Source: Macrostomum hystrix (lineage: Eukaryota; Animalia; Platyhelminthes). Taken from it: a stretch of 64,000 bases of DNA. The stretch covers positions 1,364,001-1,428,000 of the forward strand of contig CATNEN010000026.1 of assembly GCA_950097015.1 (NCBI GenBank), read 5' to 3'. The notes under the pieces were generated by a model. The model saw only the letters and a list, made by a program, of their open reading frames with translations, did not search any database and was not told where the DNA came from. Position 1 is the stretch's first letter. The number at the start of each line of letters is the position of its first letter. A program made the translations under genes and the position numbers. Shown here one piece after another: positions 24,615-37,700 of this stretch.

Positions 24615-26439
24615 TGCTGGCAAAATATTTAGCAAACAATTTGGCGCTAAAAATAAAGAGCAAGTTGCTAATGCTTAATAATTTTTTTTTCAAAATTCAA
24701 TGTGCTTTACTTTACTGATAAACTAAGGTGTGTTCTTATTAATACTAAGTTAAACCATACTTAAACTATTTAAGATAAATGAATTAATAATGCTTATAAC
24801 AAATATGCCTGGTTATATCATCACCAGCCCTCCTAAGTATAGATTAAGGTGGTTAATATGATACATGACAGATAAAACAATAACCTAACAGTTCTATATG
24901 GATTATCTAATTGGGTTAGGAAGCTAATCAAAAAGGTTACAAGACTTTTCATGGGTAAAAATAAGAAAGTATGTAACTGACAACTGAATTTATTTACAGA
25001 GGTACCATTTTAATAAAAAAATATCTAGAAAACATTACAAGCCAATTGAGATATGGGGTAGAATAAATTGACAACAGCTACAACTTGCTTACAACACATT
25101 TTTTAGTATTTATTGTAAGCATTTGCTTATCTAATTAATTGATGCAGGTGGGGTCGACACAATAAATAATAATACAAAATAAGTATATTTAAAGGAAAAT
25201 ACTAAAATATAAGACTTATCTATAACTTCATAATACACATTTTATAATTTAAACAGTAAAATATTTTTACATTGAATTATAACTGATTTACAAAATATAA
25301 GGATGCCAAAAAAATCAACTACCTAGTCATTTATATTGGTTGGAAATGGGCAAGTGTGCTATCTGCATAGAGCTTTTAGGCAGTCATTTTGTTTGAGTGT
25401 CTATCATATAGGTCATAGAGTGCAAAAATTGCTTAGTATAATGTCTTAGAGGTTTGTACAACAAATATGTAGTTGATTTCATAATAAAATAAGAAAATAC
25501 TATACACAGCAAACATATTATGATGAGCTATTTTATATTAGCATTATCTACTATTTGATTTTAACTTATTTTTAAAACAATATTATAAATTAGAATTTTT
25601 TTCTAATTTATATTTTTGTGCTTGTGCTTATTTTTTATTCACATACAACATTCATATCTATATACTGTTGATTGATTCATTTAAATAGTTTTTAACCTTT
25701 GTCACGAATTATTTAGAATATACGAGTGTATATGTTTTTTTAAACATTATTAACATGAAGATATAAGAAATATTTAAAAAAGCTTGTCAAGGACAGGGAC
25801 ATTTGTCTGGCATCCCCCAACAGCTGAAGCAAAGCACAAACAAGCTAGGGGTTAGTACAATATAATGATTAGATCGATCATCCAGTCTATTTATATGAAA
25901 TGTATTTTTTGCTAATATTCTAATCATCTGAAAGCTATGAACGAATTCTTTTGTGAGTTCAGACTCAATACTCAACAAAACTACTTTCTCCAAATTAACT
26001 ATTGCTGGAAGCTTTAACAGTCCATAAATGTATCGCAATTAATAAAAGATAAAGCGTGTTGCATTTATCTTTATTGTTGACAAAATATACTTTCAAAACG
26101 ATAAGTACTTTGTACTAATATAGTTTTTACACCTATATCGTTTGGCAGTATTGATTGGTTGTTTCCTAGAATACGCAATGTTCGCCTTAAGTTAAAAATT
26201 ACATTGCAATCTGTATTTTAATACACAAGTCTATATTAAAAAATCGCTTTACTTTTTTTAATTTATGTAAGTTTATTTAACTAATCTAAATATTTCTCAG
26301 ACTAGTAATATCTAAAAGTTTATTTTTTGTTATTGCGAATGCTGCTAAGACAAATATATTTAGTTTTGTGGCTTCTGCTGAATTTAATGTTTTGTGTTAC
26401 CGAATTGCCTTTAACAACAAAAATAAAACTTGTAAAGTA

Positions 26440-27234
26440 ATGGCAACAGAGGAAAATTTCCCTCCTGAAAACCCCGGTAATTTTTTTAGATTGTTTTGCT
26501 TTTTGTAGCTTCTCATCTAAAAATTTTTTGCAGTTATTGCGAGTATGGTAGGCTTATAATATGCATGCAATGATAGCAATATTGAAACAATCATTCTTCT
26601 TATAATGTGACAAATTTAGTAGCTTTTGTCTATCTATCCATCCATCTATTATGATTACTCAACGTATATTTTAGAAGATGCAGCAGTGCTGGAACTAAAG
26701 AAGCGAATTTCTGATGCATTCGAGATATTTGACCACGAAGCCAATCAAACTGTCGATGTGCGAGAAGTTGGAACCATCATTCGTTCGCTTGGCTGCTGCC
26801 CGACTGAAGGCGAACTTCATGACATTCTAAAAGAAATGGAGGAAGAGGAACCACTTCCATACGTCACTTTTGATGCGTTTCTCGGCGTTGCGCTAAAAAT
26901 TCTACAGGAGAAGCGCTATAAGCCTGCCCTAGAAGATCAACTATTAAAGGCGTTTAAAGTCTTGGACATCGAGAATAATGGATATCTCACTAAAGAAGAA
27001 ATTGAAAAGTACATGGTAGAGGAAGGTAGATGAAACGATTAAGCTATTATCATATTATATAATAGTATGCAGCATTCTTCGATTCAATTTAATTTGCAAA
27101 TTGGCTGATTTTTAGGCGAGCCATTCTCCACAGAGGAACTGGAAGAGATGCTCTCGGCCGCCATTGATCCGGAGAAGGGCACCGTAGTCTACAAGGAGTA
27201 TGTGCCTCTGCTGGTTGTTGATGACGTCGTCTGA
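26440..27234 (+). CDS. EFCAB2: EF-hand calcium-binding protein EFCAB2 / dynein regulatory complex subunit DRC8 (exons 26440-26476, 26675-27025, 27116-27234)
   Basis: DAFEIFDHEANQTVDVREVGTIIRSLGCCPTEGELHD...EEG|EPFSTEELEEMLSAAIDPE closely matches EFCAB2; both GT-AG introns phase 1; ATG to TGA complete. Confidence 0.93.
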
Positions 27235-27786
27235 ATCAGATTTTTTGCTTCTTTTGTGAATTTGGCTAGACTCCAATTATAGAGTCGGAAAATTCAGAAA
27301 AATAATCTGTGTCGCTTTGTGACTTGTATAATAAGCTTAATTTTTCGAAAAATGCTATACTATATGCGTGTTTTTTATAAATTCAACATTTTGCAGTGAC
27401 TGAAGCAAAGAAATCGATACTTGCTGTTGTAATTTAAAACTTTTAATTATTTGCTTTAGTAACATTAGCTTCCGATGGAGTACTTATGAAGTCATGATAC
27501 CTGTACATGTCAACCAGTTATCAACCTATACTCGTGGACTATTTAGGGATTTCACTGACCTTCAAAACTATCCGATATTCTCATACACGAAATTTTTTTA
27601 AACTAGAAAATGTGATAACTTTGCAACGGAATGTGATTAAGAAACGTCACGATTCACTCGAAGATAGATAACACATTTTAATTATCTTTTAAGTTTGCAC
27701 TCGTAAAATAATAACATATTAAACACCTCTCGAAGAGCATCTCAGATGGGATTGGCTGCAGCTACGAGTAGTTCTGTTGCCGCAGT

Positions 27787-28075
27787 AGAGGTTTTAGCCT
27801 AGTGGTTAGAGCGTCGGACTCACGACTTGAAGGTCGGGGGTTCGATTTTTGACTCCACTGGAACAATTTGTGTCCTTTAGCAAGACACTTAACTCTGCAT
27901 TGCTTCAGTTCACCTAGCTGTTAAATGGGTACCAGCATTAGCTGGGATAATTGAGGGTGGGTGTGGCGTCCCCCAGTCCATAGACTGATCAGCCGTATGC
28001 AGCCTTCAGATGCGCCGCGCCATAACTGCGGCAGTGCTGTCGGCTGCAAATCTGGCCCAATGGGGCAGGTGTAAT
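27787..28075 (+). mobile_element. tRNA-headed CORE-like SINE, copy 2
   Basis: AGCCTAGTGGTTAGAGCGTCGGACTCACGACTTGAAGGTCGGGGGTTCGAT head; ends GGGCAGGTGTAAT like copy 1. Confidence 0.8.
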
Positions 28076-28397
28076 TTGTTGTGCGTCAAGCACTTTTGTC
28101 GTTCCACTTAGTTTCAGCCGCCCACCATAGTAATCCGTTTGTTGCTGTTTGCCCTTGTTCTCACCCTCAGTCGACAACGCTGTCTATGTTCCATCCCACC
28201 GGGCATTTGTTTTTGCGGACCTCTCCTGCGATTCAATCGAAAGAACTACGCGCAGAATAAAACATGAGCAGAGCCCCCTTCTAGCAATTTGTGCATCTCG
28301 CTTTGAGACGATCTGAAACCTCAACGAGTGGTCTTCAATACATAACATAATTAATTATTGTTAATATTATTATTATCATTATCATTGTTGCCGCAGC

Positions 28398-29788
28398 TCA
28401 TGGATAGGTGAATCCGTAGGCCATGACCTCGCAAAGGGTCAGGATGCCAAGTTTCTCGATTCGAAGCTTACTGCCGAAAGTGTTGCAGGTAAAGTTGGCC
28501 ACAAGGAAACTGTTGGTAAAGTTCGCCCGGTAACACACAAAGCCGTCCACAAGGATGTTGAAGATGTTGAGCCTTTCACCATGGCTGTCTTGCCTGTTGT
28601 AGATGGTGACGAAGGTCACGAGTGACGAGGCAGCCATTGTGGCCTCCCACCACTGGGTGGCATTGTGATCCGTGCGAGTGCATGTTCCCGTGGTCATGTT
28701 CATGTCGGTGTTTCCGTCTATGGCAGAGTCGCACCCCCTGCCGTTCTCAACGGAGCTCTGGGAGCAGCCCGCAAAGGTCAGCTTCTTCACTCCTGCGGAG
28801 GGTTTCAGATCGGGTTGGGAAGTTTACAGTAGGACTACCAAGCCATTTTGCCGCCCGTTTTTATACCAAGGGGGGAGGATTCCCCCCCCCGTATATCCGC
28901 CCGGTGTGTGAATTTTTTGGCAGCGCCTGAATGCGAACATTGTGCTAACATTGGGTGGTGACTGATTGGTTAACAGACTAGGCGATGGTGTACTGTGGTT
29001 GAGCTGCGCCTTATATTTTGGCTTGAGCAGTGAAACTGGAGAAATTCGCGTCAGGGACGCGTCAGTGACCTATTTCCACCAGTTGTAGCCCTTGAAGGTC
29101 CAGCAAATCCGTCTAGATAAAGGACCACAGACCACAGAAGACGGAGTTAAATTTTGAAGGCCTGGCAAGGCCGCACTGAGGCACAGTGCTTATTCGTGTA
29201 TAGGGGTGTATGAAATACACTAGCGCTAATGGGAAAAATCTGACCTACGGCCAGAACCATTGAATATCTCGACGGTCTGAAGAACTGGAGACTTGATTAT
29301 TGTTTCAGAAGATACGCAACAAAAATTTGGCCCGTGTTCTCAAGTTTCGCTTGGTTGCGTTGCTCCGTTCGGCTGCAGCACAAATAACTGTCAGGGGGGA
29401 AATTTCCCCTTGGTAGCTCTACTGTTTATAAGCCTAGCACTCTTTGAGTCACGTGGCACAGAAGGCAGCCCTTACCGAGTGAGAAAATATCGCACGGCAG
29501 CGCGGTGCCGGTCCAAGCGCTGGCATTGAGGAACGCCGGCATGTCGAACAGCCGACAAGCTCCGAGCAGCCAGTAGAAGCCGAAGCAGTTGGCCGCCAGA
29601 CTGCAGACAAGGCTGCAGCCACGCTGGTTGCCAGCCGGCTGAGCGAGAAAGCTTGGCGGCGCTGCGGTGCTGCCGGAGCCGACGCTCTCGAAGCTGACAC
29701 CCTTGCCGAGCATGTCAGCCGCAGCGGGCAGCAGAACCGCCAGGCAGCAGGCTGCGAGTGCAAATATCTCAGCAGCTCTGGGACGCAT
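28398..29788 (-). CDS. Secreted PAN/apple + F-type (fucolectin/FTP) lectin, ~235 aa (exons 29788-29476, 28792-28398)
   Basis: Signal peptide MRPRAAEIFALAACCLAVLLPAAA; PAN-like CSLVCSLAANCFGFYWLLGACRL; FTP motifs AIDGNTD...CTRT...QWWE...VTIYNRQD...ERL...LTLCEVMAYG; phase-1 GTAAGG...CGCAG intron. Confidence 0.85.
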
Positions 29789-31644
29789 AATGGCCAGTTG
29801 GGATCGCTTCAGGATTTGGCCAGAACAGACAGGACGGGAGTAAATGGTCGCATGGATTTTTTGTCTCCGCTTTTTTCCCGCAGTCGTTTGCTTTTCAGCG
29901 TTTCTTGGGTGCCATGGTGACAGATTGGCTAGAAGGAAGCAGGCCAAGGGATTGACAGTGGGAGCCGTAAATTGACGGTTGGATAGGCTTGATGTGGACT
30001 TAAGCAAAGAGCTTAGCAAGCTACAGCTTCTGTCTGTAAGTTCTCTCATCGCGACAAGTTGCAATTAGTTGCAGTTTGTTAGTTGCAAGCGTTTCTCGAT
30101 TGCATCTGGCTGCTTAAGCCAGATTTTTTTTACATTTTTTCGGCCTTAGCTACCATTATAAGATCGTGAATGGATCTCACCTAAAGTTGTATTCGTTGAC
30201 GATTCCGCTTTATTTCAAATTACGAGCTATGACCTTTGTACCTTCCTCACTACTGCTGAGTAGTACGAAGTATCTATGGTAAATAAAGTTATATAATTTA
30301 CAGACGCCTAACTACCTGTATGAGTTGTTCATAACTCTGCGTTGCAGTAATTGTGCAACGCGACTGCCCGCATTATCGATGACAATAATGCACAGGTAGG
30401 GACCTCGGCAACTAAAGCATGGAATTGTCCCACGGTGGGTAAGCATGATCGCATGCATGCATGGGAACTGTTAGAGCAACGCGCATCCAGATAACTCGCG
30501 GGCCGTATTAGCCACTTATCCTTTCTGTCTCGATTGAAATCACCTGACTTCGTTTCTGGCATCGGGGCTGGCTAGCAGCGGGGGGAGGGGCTCTGGTTGC
30601 TTTGCCAGCAAGACACCATGCGAACAGATAGAGGAGCCAGATTCTGGCCCTGGGACCCACTTGCCATTCCAGACATGCTGCATTCTCTGCGACTGCGGCC
30701 TCGGCAGGGGTGCGCGGACTGGGCAAGGCGACGCAGGGCTACTTCGACCAACTCGACCTGCCACGCCCCCCACTGTCTGCTATCGCAGCCTTGACTACGA
30801 CGAGCACTGTGGGGGGCGGAGAATTAGGGGAAGACAGCATGGAGAAGAGCTGATTTGGGATTGAGGGGCAGGGTGCAGAGAGAGGACCCGTGGGAGTGGA
30901 GCAGCGGTCACTCTCACCTAGTCGCTAAGGCTGGCTTCCTGGAGATGGTGTCGCGAAGGACAGCACAAGCGTGTACGTCACATGCAGCAGCAGCTTAGGG
31001 TGTTGGCAAAGCTATAGCAGCCTTCCGCGGCCGGCGGACCCCGCCGGGTGATTGACAAAAACAAAAAAGCGTCTACCCCCCGTCCTGCGTCCGCAGATTG
31101 AGAAAACAAAGACCTGTGGGAATTAAGAAAAAAGTGGGGAAAACGCCCTAGGGGTTGGGCGGTGTTTTCGAATGCGCACAGAAGTGGGACAACCTTATGC
31201 TTGTGGGATTGGGATTCGGGCGGAGATGCGTTGTAAAATGGGGCATCTGGTTTCCTCCCTCCGGATTCTTCCATGCGCCCACCCCCAAGATGTCTATGGC
31301 GCAACTGGTACCCCCTAGTCATCTATTTGTCTTTCGAGTTCTGTGTTGTGAATTCCAGCCATTTTCCTGTTTCCAGTCCTGCAGAAGCATTTTATAGCAG
31401 CGCTTGATGAAGTAGCTCGCCATGTCGAGTGATGGAGGGACCATGCATAGGACTTTGTTTACCATTAAGCAAAAAATTGTCAACCCAAATCAAAGGGAAG
31501 CAATCAACAAAAACTTGCTGAATTCTTGTATTGAACTGCGTGGACACCTGTCCGCTTTGCGAATTGAAACATTCAGTCAAAATTGGCGTCACAATATTTT
31601 CCATGCCTGGAAATTTCGTCAAGACATTTTCACTTAGTTTAAAA

Positions 31645-31890
31645 CCTCGCGTCGGTAAAACCTCCCATCGGTAAAACCTCCCGTCGGTAAAACCTCCCGT
31701 CGGTAGAACCTCCCGTCGGTAGAACCTCCCGTCGGTAGAACCTCCCGTCGGTAGAACCTCCCGTCGGTAGAACCTCCCGTCGGTAGAACCTCCCGTCGGT
31801 AGAACCTCCCGTCGGTAGAACCTCCCGTCCGTACCTCCGTCGGTAGAACCTCCCGTCAGTAAAACCTCCCGTCGGTAGAACCTCCCAAAT
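31645..31890 (+). repeat. 16-bp tandem array TCCCGTCGGTAGAACC
   Basis: Direct reading. Confidence 0.95.
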
Positions 31891-32789
31891 TTGATGTTTG
31901 CATATTTCTGTACTCGTCCTCTGAATGACACACTTAGTGCCAGTAGCCAAGTGGCCATTGATACTGACTTACGCGGACGGACCGCCCGTCAATGCGGCCA
32001 TAGCTTGACGCTGAGAGGCAGCTGGACACGCTAAAAGCTACGCGCAGGGGGCTGGTTGGCGCTGGTCAGCCAAAGGGCTTAATTAAAGCTTAGAGCTTGG
32101 CCAAGGTTGCCAACCATGGGTCGCGGCTTTTTCGAAGCTAAAGGATGAATTCGAAAAGTGTTTCAAGCTTCACAGTCTTTTAGTATTTCTTCAGTTCGGG
32201 TTAGCCCAAGAATTTGCAACTGTTAGGGGGTGGTGAGGCCCTATACAGGATGCGGAAACTATGGCACTGCTGGGAAACATTTTTTAGCGGGAGTTCAAAA
32301 ATGCTTCTCTAGTATTCTCTCTGAACTGTCTATTGCGTTCGCTGTCTCCTTAACAACAACTGTCCGATTCTCCCATCGCAACCCAGCGCTGGAATAGTTG
32401 GTTTGGCAGGCCGCATGGACATGTCAGAGAATTAAACTAGACATTCCCGACGGCCCTTTAAACCCCTTCCTCTATTGAGCCATGGGCAATGAATGATCCT
32501 TAGTTTTTAATAATCCCTTTCCCACGGTAAGATAAATGTTCAGCCTCTTGTTGACTGTAATCCCTGCTGCTAAATGTCGCGTTGCACAACAACAATGAAT
32601 TAAAGCTTTCCCATACATTTTTCGGAAATGAATGGAAAAACTTCCGGAAAAAAGTGTAACTTTTCATCGATTCATGTTGTAGGAATTCGGTTGCATATTT
32701 AGGGCATAGGCCTATGCCCTAAGGAGATTATCAATATCTAGTAAGCATAGGCCATAGACTAGGGATCTATGCACAATCTGGCAAGTGGC

Positions 32790-35700
32790 CCAGATCTCTC
32801 GCCTGTCTCATCTCTCCCGTCTCTTGCCTGCCTCATCTCTCGCCTGTCTCATCTCTCCCGTCTCTTGCCTGCCTCATCTCTCGCCTGTCTCATCTCTCCC
32901 GTCTCTTGCCTGCCTCATCTCTCGCCTGTCTCATCTCTCCCGTCTCTTGCCTGCCTCATCTCTCGCCTGTCTCATCTCTCCCGTCTCTTGCCTGCCTCAT
33001 CTCTCGCCTGTCTCAACTCTTGCCTGTCTCATCTCTCCCCTGTCTCATCTCTCCCGTCTCTTGCCTGCCTCATCTCTCGCCTGTCTCAACTCTTGCCTGT
33101 CTCATCTCTCCCCTGTCTCATCTCTCCCCTGTCTCATCTCTTGCCTGTCTCATCTCTCCCGTCTCTTGCCTGCCTCATCTCTCGCCTGTCTCATCTCTCC
33201 CGTCTCTTGCCTGCCTCATCTCTCGCCTGTCTCATCTCTCCCGTCTCTTGCCTGCCTCATCTCTCGCCTGTCTCAACTCTTGCCTGTCTCATCTCTCCCC
33301 TGTCTCATCTCTCCCCTGTCTCATCTCTTGCCTGCCTCATCTCTTGCCTGCCTCATCTCTCCCGTCTCTTGCCTGCCTCATCTCTCCCGTCTCTTGCCTG
33401 CCTCATCTCTCGCCTGTCTCATCTCTCGCCTGTCTCATCTCTCCCGTCTCTTGCCTGCCTCATCTCTCGCCTGCCTTAACTCTTGCCTGTCTTATCTCTC
33501 GCCTGTCTCATCTCTCGCCTGTCTCATCTCTCCCGTCTCTTGCCTGCCTCATCTCTCCCGTCTCTTGCCTGCCTCATCTCTCGCCTGTCTCATCTCTCGC
33601 CTGTCTCATCTCTCCCGTCTCTTGCCTGCCTCATCTCTCGCCTGCCTTAACTCTTGCCTGTCTTATCTCTCGCCTGTCTCATCTCTCGCCTGTCTCATCT
33701 CTCCCGTCTCTTGCCTGCCTCATCTCTCCCGTCTCTTGCCTGCCTCATCTCTCGCCTGTCTCATCTCTCGCCTGTCTCATCTCTCCCGTCTCTTGCCTGC
33801 CTCATCTCTCGCCTGCCTTAACTCTTGCCTGCCTCATCTCTCGCCTGCCTCATCTCTCGCCTGTCTCATCTCTCGCCTGTCTCATCTCTCCCGTCTCTTG
33901 CCTGCCTCATCTCTCCCGTCTCTTGCCTGCCTCATCTCTCGCCTGTCTCATCTCTCGCCTGTCTCATCTCTCCCGTCTCTTGCCTGCCTCATCTCTCCCG
34001 TCTCTTGCCTCTTGCCTGCCTCATCTCTCGCCTGTCTCAACTCTTGCCTGTCTCATCTCTCCCCTGTCTCATCTCTCCCCTGTCTCATCTCTTGCCTGCC
34101 TCATCTCTTGCCTGCCTCATCTCTCCCGTCTCTTGCCTGCCTCATCTCTCCCGTCTCTTGCCTGCCTCATCTCTCGCCTGTCTCATCTCTCGCCTGTCTC
34201 ATCTCTCCCGTCTCTTGCCTGCCTCATCTCTCGCCTGTCTCATCTCTCGCCTGTCTCATCTCTCCCGTCTCTTGCCTGCCTCATCTCTCCCGTCTCTTGC
34301 CTGCCTCATCTCTCGCCTGTCTCATCTCTCGCCTGTCTCATCTCTCCCGTCTCTTGCCTGTCTCATCTCTCGCCTGCCTTAACTCTTGCCTGTCTTATCT
34401 CTCGCCTGTCTCATCTCTCCCCTGTCTCATCTCTTGCCTGTCTCATCTCTCCCGTCTCTTGCCTGCCTCATCTCTCGCCTGTCTCATCTCTCGCCTGTCT
34501 CATCTCTCGCCTGTCTCATCTCTCGCCTGTCTCATCTCTCGCCTGTCTCATCTCTCCCGTCTCTTGCCTGCCTCATCTCTCGCCTGTCTCATCTCTCCCG
34601 TCTCTTGCCTGCCTCATCTCTCCCGTCTCTTGCCTGTCTCATCTCTCCCCTGTCTCTTGCCTGCCTCATCTCTCGCCTGTCTCATCTCTCGCCTGTCTCA
34701 TCTCTCCCGTCTCTTGCCTGCCTCATCTCTCGCCTGTCTCATCTCTCCCGTCTCTTGCCTGCCTCATCTCTCGCCTGTCTCATCTCTCCCGTCTCTTGCC
34801 TGCCTCATCTCTCGCCTGTCTCATCTCTCCCGTCTCTTGCCTGCCTCATCTCTCGCCTGTCTCAACTCTTGCCTGTCTTATCTCTCCCCTGTCTCATCTC
34901 TCCCCTGTCTCATCTCTTGCCTGTCTCATCTCTTGCCTGCCTCATCTCTCCCGTCTCTTGCCTGCCTCATCTCTCCCGTCTCTTGCCTGCCTCATCTCTC
35001 GCCTGTCTCATCTCTCGCCTGTCTCATCTCTCGCCTGTCTCATCTCTCCCGTCTCTTGCCTGCCTCATCTCTCGCCTGCCTTAACTCTTGCCTGTCTTAT
35101 CTCTCGCCTGTCTCATCTCTCCCCTGTCTCATCTCTTGCCTGTCTCATCTCTCCCGTCTCTTGCCTGCCTCATCTCTCGCCTGTCTCATCTCTCCCGTCT
35201 CTTGCCTGCCTCATCTCTCGCCTGTCTCAACTCTTGCCTGTCTCATCTCTCCCCTGTCTCATCTCTCCCCTGTCTCATCTCTCCCCTGTCTCATCTCTTG
35301 CCTGTCTCATCTCTCCCGTCTCTTGCCTGCCTCATCTCTCGCCTGTCTCATCTCTCCCGTCTCTTGCCTGCCTCATCTCTCGCCTGTCTCATCTCTCCCG
35401 TCTCTTGCCTGCCTCATCTCTCGCCTGTCTCAACTCTTGCCTGTCTTATCTCTCCCCTGTCTCATCTCTCCCCTGTCTCATCTCTTGCCTGTCTCATCTC
35501 TTGCCTGCCTCATCTCTCCCGTCTCTTGCCTGCCTCATCTCTCCCGTCTCTTGCCTGCCTCATCTCTCGCCTGTCTCATCTCTCGCCTGTCTCATCTCTC
35601 GCCTGTCTCATCTCTCCCGTCTCTTGCCTGCCTCATCTCTCGCCTGCCTTAACTCTTGCCTGTCTTATCTCTCGCCTGTCTCATCTCTCCCCTGTCTCAT

Positions 35701-37700
35701 CTCTCGCCTGTCTCATCTCTCCCGTCTCTTGCCTGCCTCATCTCTCGCCTGTCTCATCTCTCCCGTCTCTTGCCTGCCTCATCTCTCGCCTGTCTCAACT
35801 CTTGCCTGTCTCATCTCTCCCCTGTCTCATCTCTCCCCTGTCTCATCTCTTGCCTGTCTCATCTCTCCCGTCTCTTGCCTGCCTCATCTCTCGCCTGTCT
35901 CATCTCTCCCGTCTCTTGCCTGCCTCATCTCTCGCCTGTCTCATCTCTCCCGTCTCTTGCCTGCCTCATCTCTCGCCTGTCTCAACTCTTGCCTGTCTTA
36001 TCTCTCCCCTGTCTCATCTCTCCCCTGTCTCATCTCTTGCCTGTCTCATCTCTTGCCTGCCTCATCTCTCCCGTCTCTTGCCTGCCTCATCTCTCCCGTC
36101 TCTTGCCTGCCTCATCTCTTGCCTGTCTCATCTCTCGCCTGTCTCATCTCTCGCCTGTCTCATCTCTCCCGTCTCTTGCCTGCCTCATCTCTCGCCTGTC
36201 TCATCTCTCCCGTCTCTTGCCTGCCTCATCTCTCGCCTGTCTCATCTCTCCCCTGTCTCTTGCCTGCCTCATCTCTTGCCTGCCTCATCTCTCGCTTGTC
36301 TCATCTCTCGCCTGTCTCATCTCTCCCCTGTCTCTTGCCTGCCTCATCTCTCCCCTGCCTCATCTCTTGCCTGCCTCATCTCTCGCCTGCCTCATCTCTT
36401 GCCTGCCTCATCTCTCCCCTGTCTCTTGCCTGCCTCATCTCTCCCCTGCCTCAACTCTTGCCTGTCTCATCTCTCCCCTGTCTCTTGCCTGCCTCATCTC
36501 TTGCCTGCCTCATCTCTCGCTTGTCTCATCTCTCGCCTGCCTCAACTCTTGCCTGTCTCATCTCTCCCCTGTCTCTTGCCTGCCTCATCTCTTGCCTGCC
36601 TCATCTCTCGCTTGTCTTATCTCTCGCCTGTCTCATCTCTCCCCTGTCTCATCTCTTGCCTGTCTCATCTCTCCCGTCTCTTGCCTGCCTCATCTCTCGC
36701 CTGTCTCATCTCTCGCCTGTCTCATCTCTCGCCTGTCTCATCTCTCGCCTGTCTCATCTCTCGCCTGTCTCATCTCTCCCGTCTCTTGCCTGCCTCATCT
36801 CTCCCGTCTCTTGCCTGTCTCATCTCTCCCGTCTCTTGCCTGCCTCATCTCTCGCCTGTCTCATCTCTCCCGTCTCTTGCCTGCCTCATCTCTCGCCTGT
36901 CTCATCTCTCCCGTCTCTTGCCTGCCTCATCTCTCGCCTGTCTCATCTCTCCCGTCTCTTGCCTGCCTCATCTCTCGCCTGTCTCATCTCTCCCGTCTCT
37001 TGCCTGCCTCATCTCTCGCCTGTCTCATCTCTCCCGTCTCTTGCCTGCCTCATCTCTCGCCTGTCTCATCTCTCCCCTGTCTCTTGCCTGCCTCATCTCT
37101 TGCCTGCCTCATCTCTCGCTTGTCTCATCTCTCGCCTGTCTCATCTCTCCCCTGTCTCTTGCCTGCCTCATCTCTCCCCTGCCTCATCTCTTGCCTGCCT
37201 CATCTCTCGCCTGCCTCATCTCTCGCCTGTCTCATCTCTCCCCTGTCTCTTGCCTGCCTCATCTCTCCCCTGTCTCATCTCTCCCCTGTCTCTTGCCTGC
37301 CTCATCTCTCCCCTGTCTCATCTCTTGCCTGCCTCATCTCTCGCCTGTCTCATCTCTCGCCTGTCTCATCTCTCCCCTGTCTCTTGCCTGCCTCATCTCT
37401 CCCCTGTCTCATCTCTCCCCTGTCTCTTGCCTGCCTCATCTCTCCCCTGTCTCATCTCTCCCCTGTCTCATCTCTCCCCTGTCTCATCTCTCCCCTGTCT
37501 CTTGCCTGCCTCATATCTCCCCTGTCTCATCTCTCCCCTGTCTCATCTCTCCCCTGTCTCATCTCTCCCCTGTCTCTTGCCTGCCTCATCTCTCCCCTGT
37601 CTCATCTCTCCCCTGTCTCATCTCTCCCCTGTCTCATCTCTCCCCTGTCTCTTGCCTGCCTCATCTCTCCCCTGTCTCATCTCTCCCCTGTCTCATCTTT
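32790..37700 (+). repeat. Pyrimidine-rich composite minisatellite (~4.9 kb; 41-bp unit built from 11/14/16-bp subunits TCTCTTGCCTG, TCTCATCTCTCCCG, CCTCATCTCTCGCCTG)
   Basis: Direct reading; source of the 955/1607-aa SSLACLIS ORFs. Confidence 0.97.

Noticed and set aside
27790-27860. tRNA gene (CAC anticodon-like loop); also 7170-7243
   Set aside because: No proper acceptor stem, and it continues into a shared SINE body, so it is a SINE head
28830-28915. GGGGGGAGGATTCCCCCCCC hairpin resembling a MITE end in the lectin intron
   Set aside because: No matching opposite terminus or second copy in the window
30300-32700. Short ORFs and GC-rich patches between the lectin gene and the satellite
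   Set aside because: No recognisable domain, splice-consistent model, TIR or LTR; probably unclassified repeat fragments
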